64,000 nt of DNA from an uncultured Bacteroidales bacterium (GTDB taxonomy: Bacteria > Bacteroidota > Bacteroidia > Bacteroidales > UBA10428): the NCBI GenBank assembly GCA_963822145.1, contig CAWGGG010000004.1, positions 698,939-762,938 on the forward strand, given 5' to 3'. Shown here piece after piece: positions 60,647-64,000 of the stretch. The first letter of the stretch is position 1; every line of letters begins with the position of its first letter. The notes beneath the pieces were generated by a model, which was not told the origin of the DNA, did no database searches, and worked only from the letters and a program-made list of their open reading frames with translations. The position numbers and the translations under genes were made by a program.

Positions 60647-60964
60647 ATGATCTCCGGAATTCCGATAACACATTTTCTGATCGTTAGTACCCTGATGTTC
60701 TTTATTGGTATTTATGGGTTCCTTACCAGGCGGAACCTGATTACCATGCTCATGTCCATTGAGCTGATATTGAATTCAGTAAATATTAATTTTGTGATCT
60801 TCAACAAGTACCTTTACCCGGATCAGCTTCACGGGCACTTCTTTGCCCTTTTTATTGTAGCCATTGCGGCAGCAGAGGCATCCGTTGCCATAGCACTGAT
60901 CATTAATATATACCGCAGGTTTACTTCGATTGAAGTAAAAGATGTGGATGAAATGAGGTATTAA
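60647..60964 (+). CDS. nuoK: NADH-quinone oxidoreductase subunit K
   Basis: RRNLITMLMSIELILN, IAAAEASVAIA. Confidence 0.96.
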   Translation: MISGIPITHFLIVSTLMFFIGIYGFLTRRNLITMLMSIELILNSVNINFVIFNKYLYPDQLHGHFFALFIVAIAAAEASVAIALIINIYRRFTSIEVKDVDEMRY

Positions 60965-61010
60965 AAGTATAAGCGGTTAACAGCATCTATTCAGAATTAA
61001 AAGAGGCCTT

Positions 61011-62927
<1,917 letters not shown>

Positions 62928-62939
62928 CGCTTTTCAGAC

Positions 62940-64000
62940 ATGAGCATTTTGTTGTATTTCATATTGATTCCCGTACTGACCATTACCGGGATCCTGTTTA
63001 CCAGGGATGGAAAATCAGCGCGTAAGGTTGCGGCTGCAGGGATGTTTTTGCAGCTGGTGATGTCGGTAGTGCTGCTGATCCTGTACTATGCCCAGCGCAA
63101 TGCGGGTAACACTGCTGAAATGATCTTTGTAACTGATTATACATGGTTTCCTTCGCTGAATATCCGATTTACTACCGGGATTGACGGCATTGCCGTATCC
63201 ATGATCATGCTGACTTCCATCGTGGTATTTGCCGGGATCTTTGCCTCCTGGGAAATGGAAGACCTGGCCCGGGAATTCTTTATATCCCTGATTACATTGG
63301 CCACCGGGGTATTCGGCTTTTTCATTTCAATGGATTTGTTTACCATGTTCCTTTTCTATGAACTTGCGGTAATACCCATGTACCTGTTGATCGGCATCTG
63401 GGGCAGCGGTCCCAAGGAATATTCCGCCATGAAGCTCACCCTGATGCTGATGGGAGGTTCAGCGCTTTTGCTGGTCGGACTGCTGGGGATCTATTTCAAT
63501 TCCACACTCGAAAATGGCCAGCATACCTTCAACCTGCTGCAAATTGCCCAGCTGCAGCTCCCGAGGGAAGTTCAACTTTACTTCTTTCCATTTACCTTTG
63601 TCGGTTTTGGTGTTCTGGGAGCTTTATTTCCCCTGCATACATGGTCACCCGATGGTCATGCTTCAGCGCCTACCGCCGTTTCGATGCTTCATGCCGGAGT
63701 ACTTATGAAGCTCGGAGGATACGGTTGCTTCAGGGTAGCCATGTATCTCATGCCCACAGCAGCCAATGAAATGGCCTGGATCTTCATCATCCTTACTACG
63801 ATAAGTGTCATTTACGGAGCGTTTGGCGCGATCTGGCAGAAGGATTTAAAGTATATCAACGCTTATTCCTCAGTCAGTCACTGCGGACTGGTAATTTTCG
63901 CGCTGCTGATGATGAACACGACCTCCATGAACGGAGCCATAATCCAGATGATTTCACACGGCCTGATGACAGCCCTTTTCTTTGCCCTGATCGGCATGAT
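62940..64000 (+). CDS. nuoM: NADH-quinone oxidoreductase subunit M (partial, runs off window edge)
   Basis: Manual translation from ATG 62940: MSILLYFILIP...GIDGIA...FYELAVIPMYLLIGIWG...PLHTWSPDGHASAPT..SMLHAGVLMKLGGYG. Confidence 0.93.
   Translation, partial: MSILLYFILIPVLTITGILFTRDGKSARKVAAAGMFLQLVMSVVLLILYYAQRNAGNTAEMIFVTDYTWFPSLNIRFTTGIDGIAVSMIMLTSIVVFAGIFASWEMEDLAREFFISLITLATGVFGFFISMDLFTMFLFYELAVIPMYLLIGIWGSGPKEYSAMKLTLMLMGGSALLLVGLLGIYFNSTLENGQHTFNLLQIAQLQLPREVQLYFFPFTFVGFGVLGALFPLHTWSPDGHASAPTAVSMLHAGVLMKLGGYGCFRVAMYLMPTAANEMAWIFIILTTISVIYGAFGAIWQKDLKYINAYSSVSHCGLVIFALLMMNTTSMNGAIIQMISHGLMTALFFALIGM

Noticed and set aside
60456-60650. 64-aa ORF between nuoJ and nuoK
   Set aside because: Its translation is mostly the product of the two heptamer arrays; non-ATG start overlapping nuoJ

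Overview
Core-genome segment of an anaerobic Bacteroidota (Bacteroidales-like) bacterium, judged from the primary sigma factor lacking region 1.1, TAnnTTTG -7 promoter boxes and SusC/SusD genes. Left to right it encodes: STAS/Hpt signalling genes, gcvT, recG, an orphan FkbO/Hyg5-type chorismatase, a DPP-III-like peptidase, a PAP2-ArnT-GT2 envelope-modification cluster, rseC-rnfBCDGEA, ftsK-lolA, GH20-pepD, nnr, TPR/GIN/CHAD proteins, tex, rpoD, degP, dapF, a BT2261-2264-like SusCD locus with a LytS/LytTR pair, a TetR-TolC-HlyD-ABC efflux operon and the start of a complex I operon with no nuoEFG between nuoD and nuoH (nuoABCDHIJKLM). I found no rRNA, tRNA, CRISPR array or transposase. The most notable unexplained signal is a ~300-370 nt, densely self-complementary non-coding region at ~30.07-30.43 kb that looks like a large structured ncRNA on the minus strand. 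Four intergenic gaps also contain short-unit (7-9 bp) tandem arrays, three of them arranged as inverted hairpins. All calls come from reading motifs by eye; no database searches or folding programs were run.
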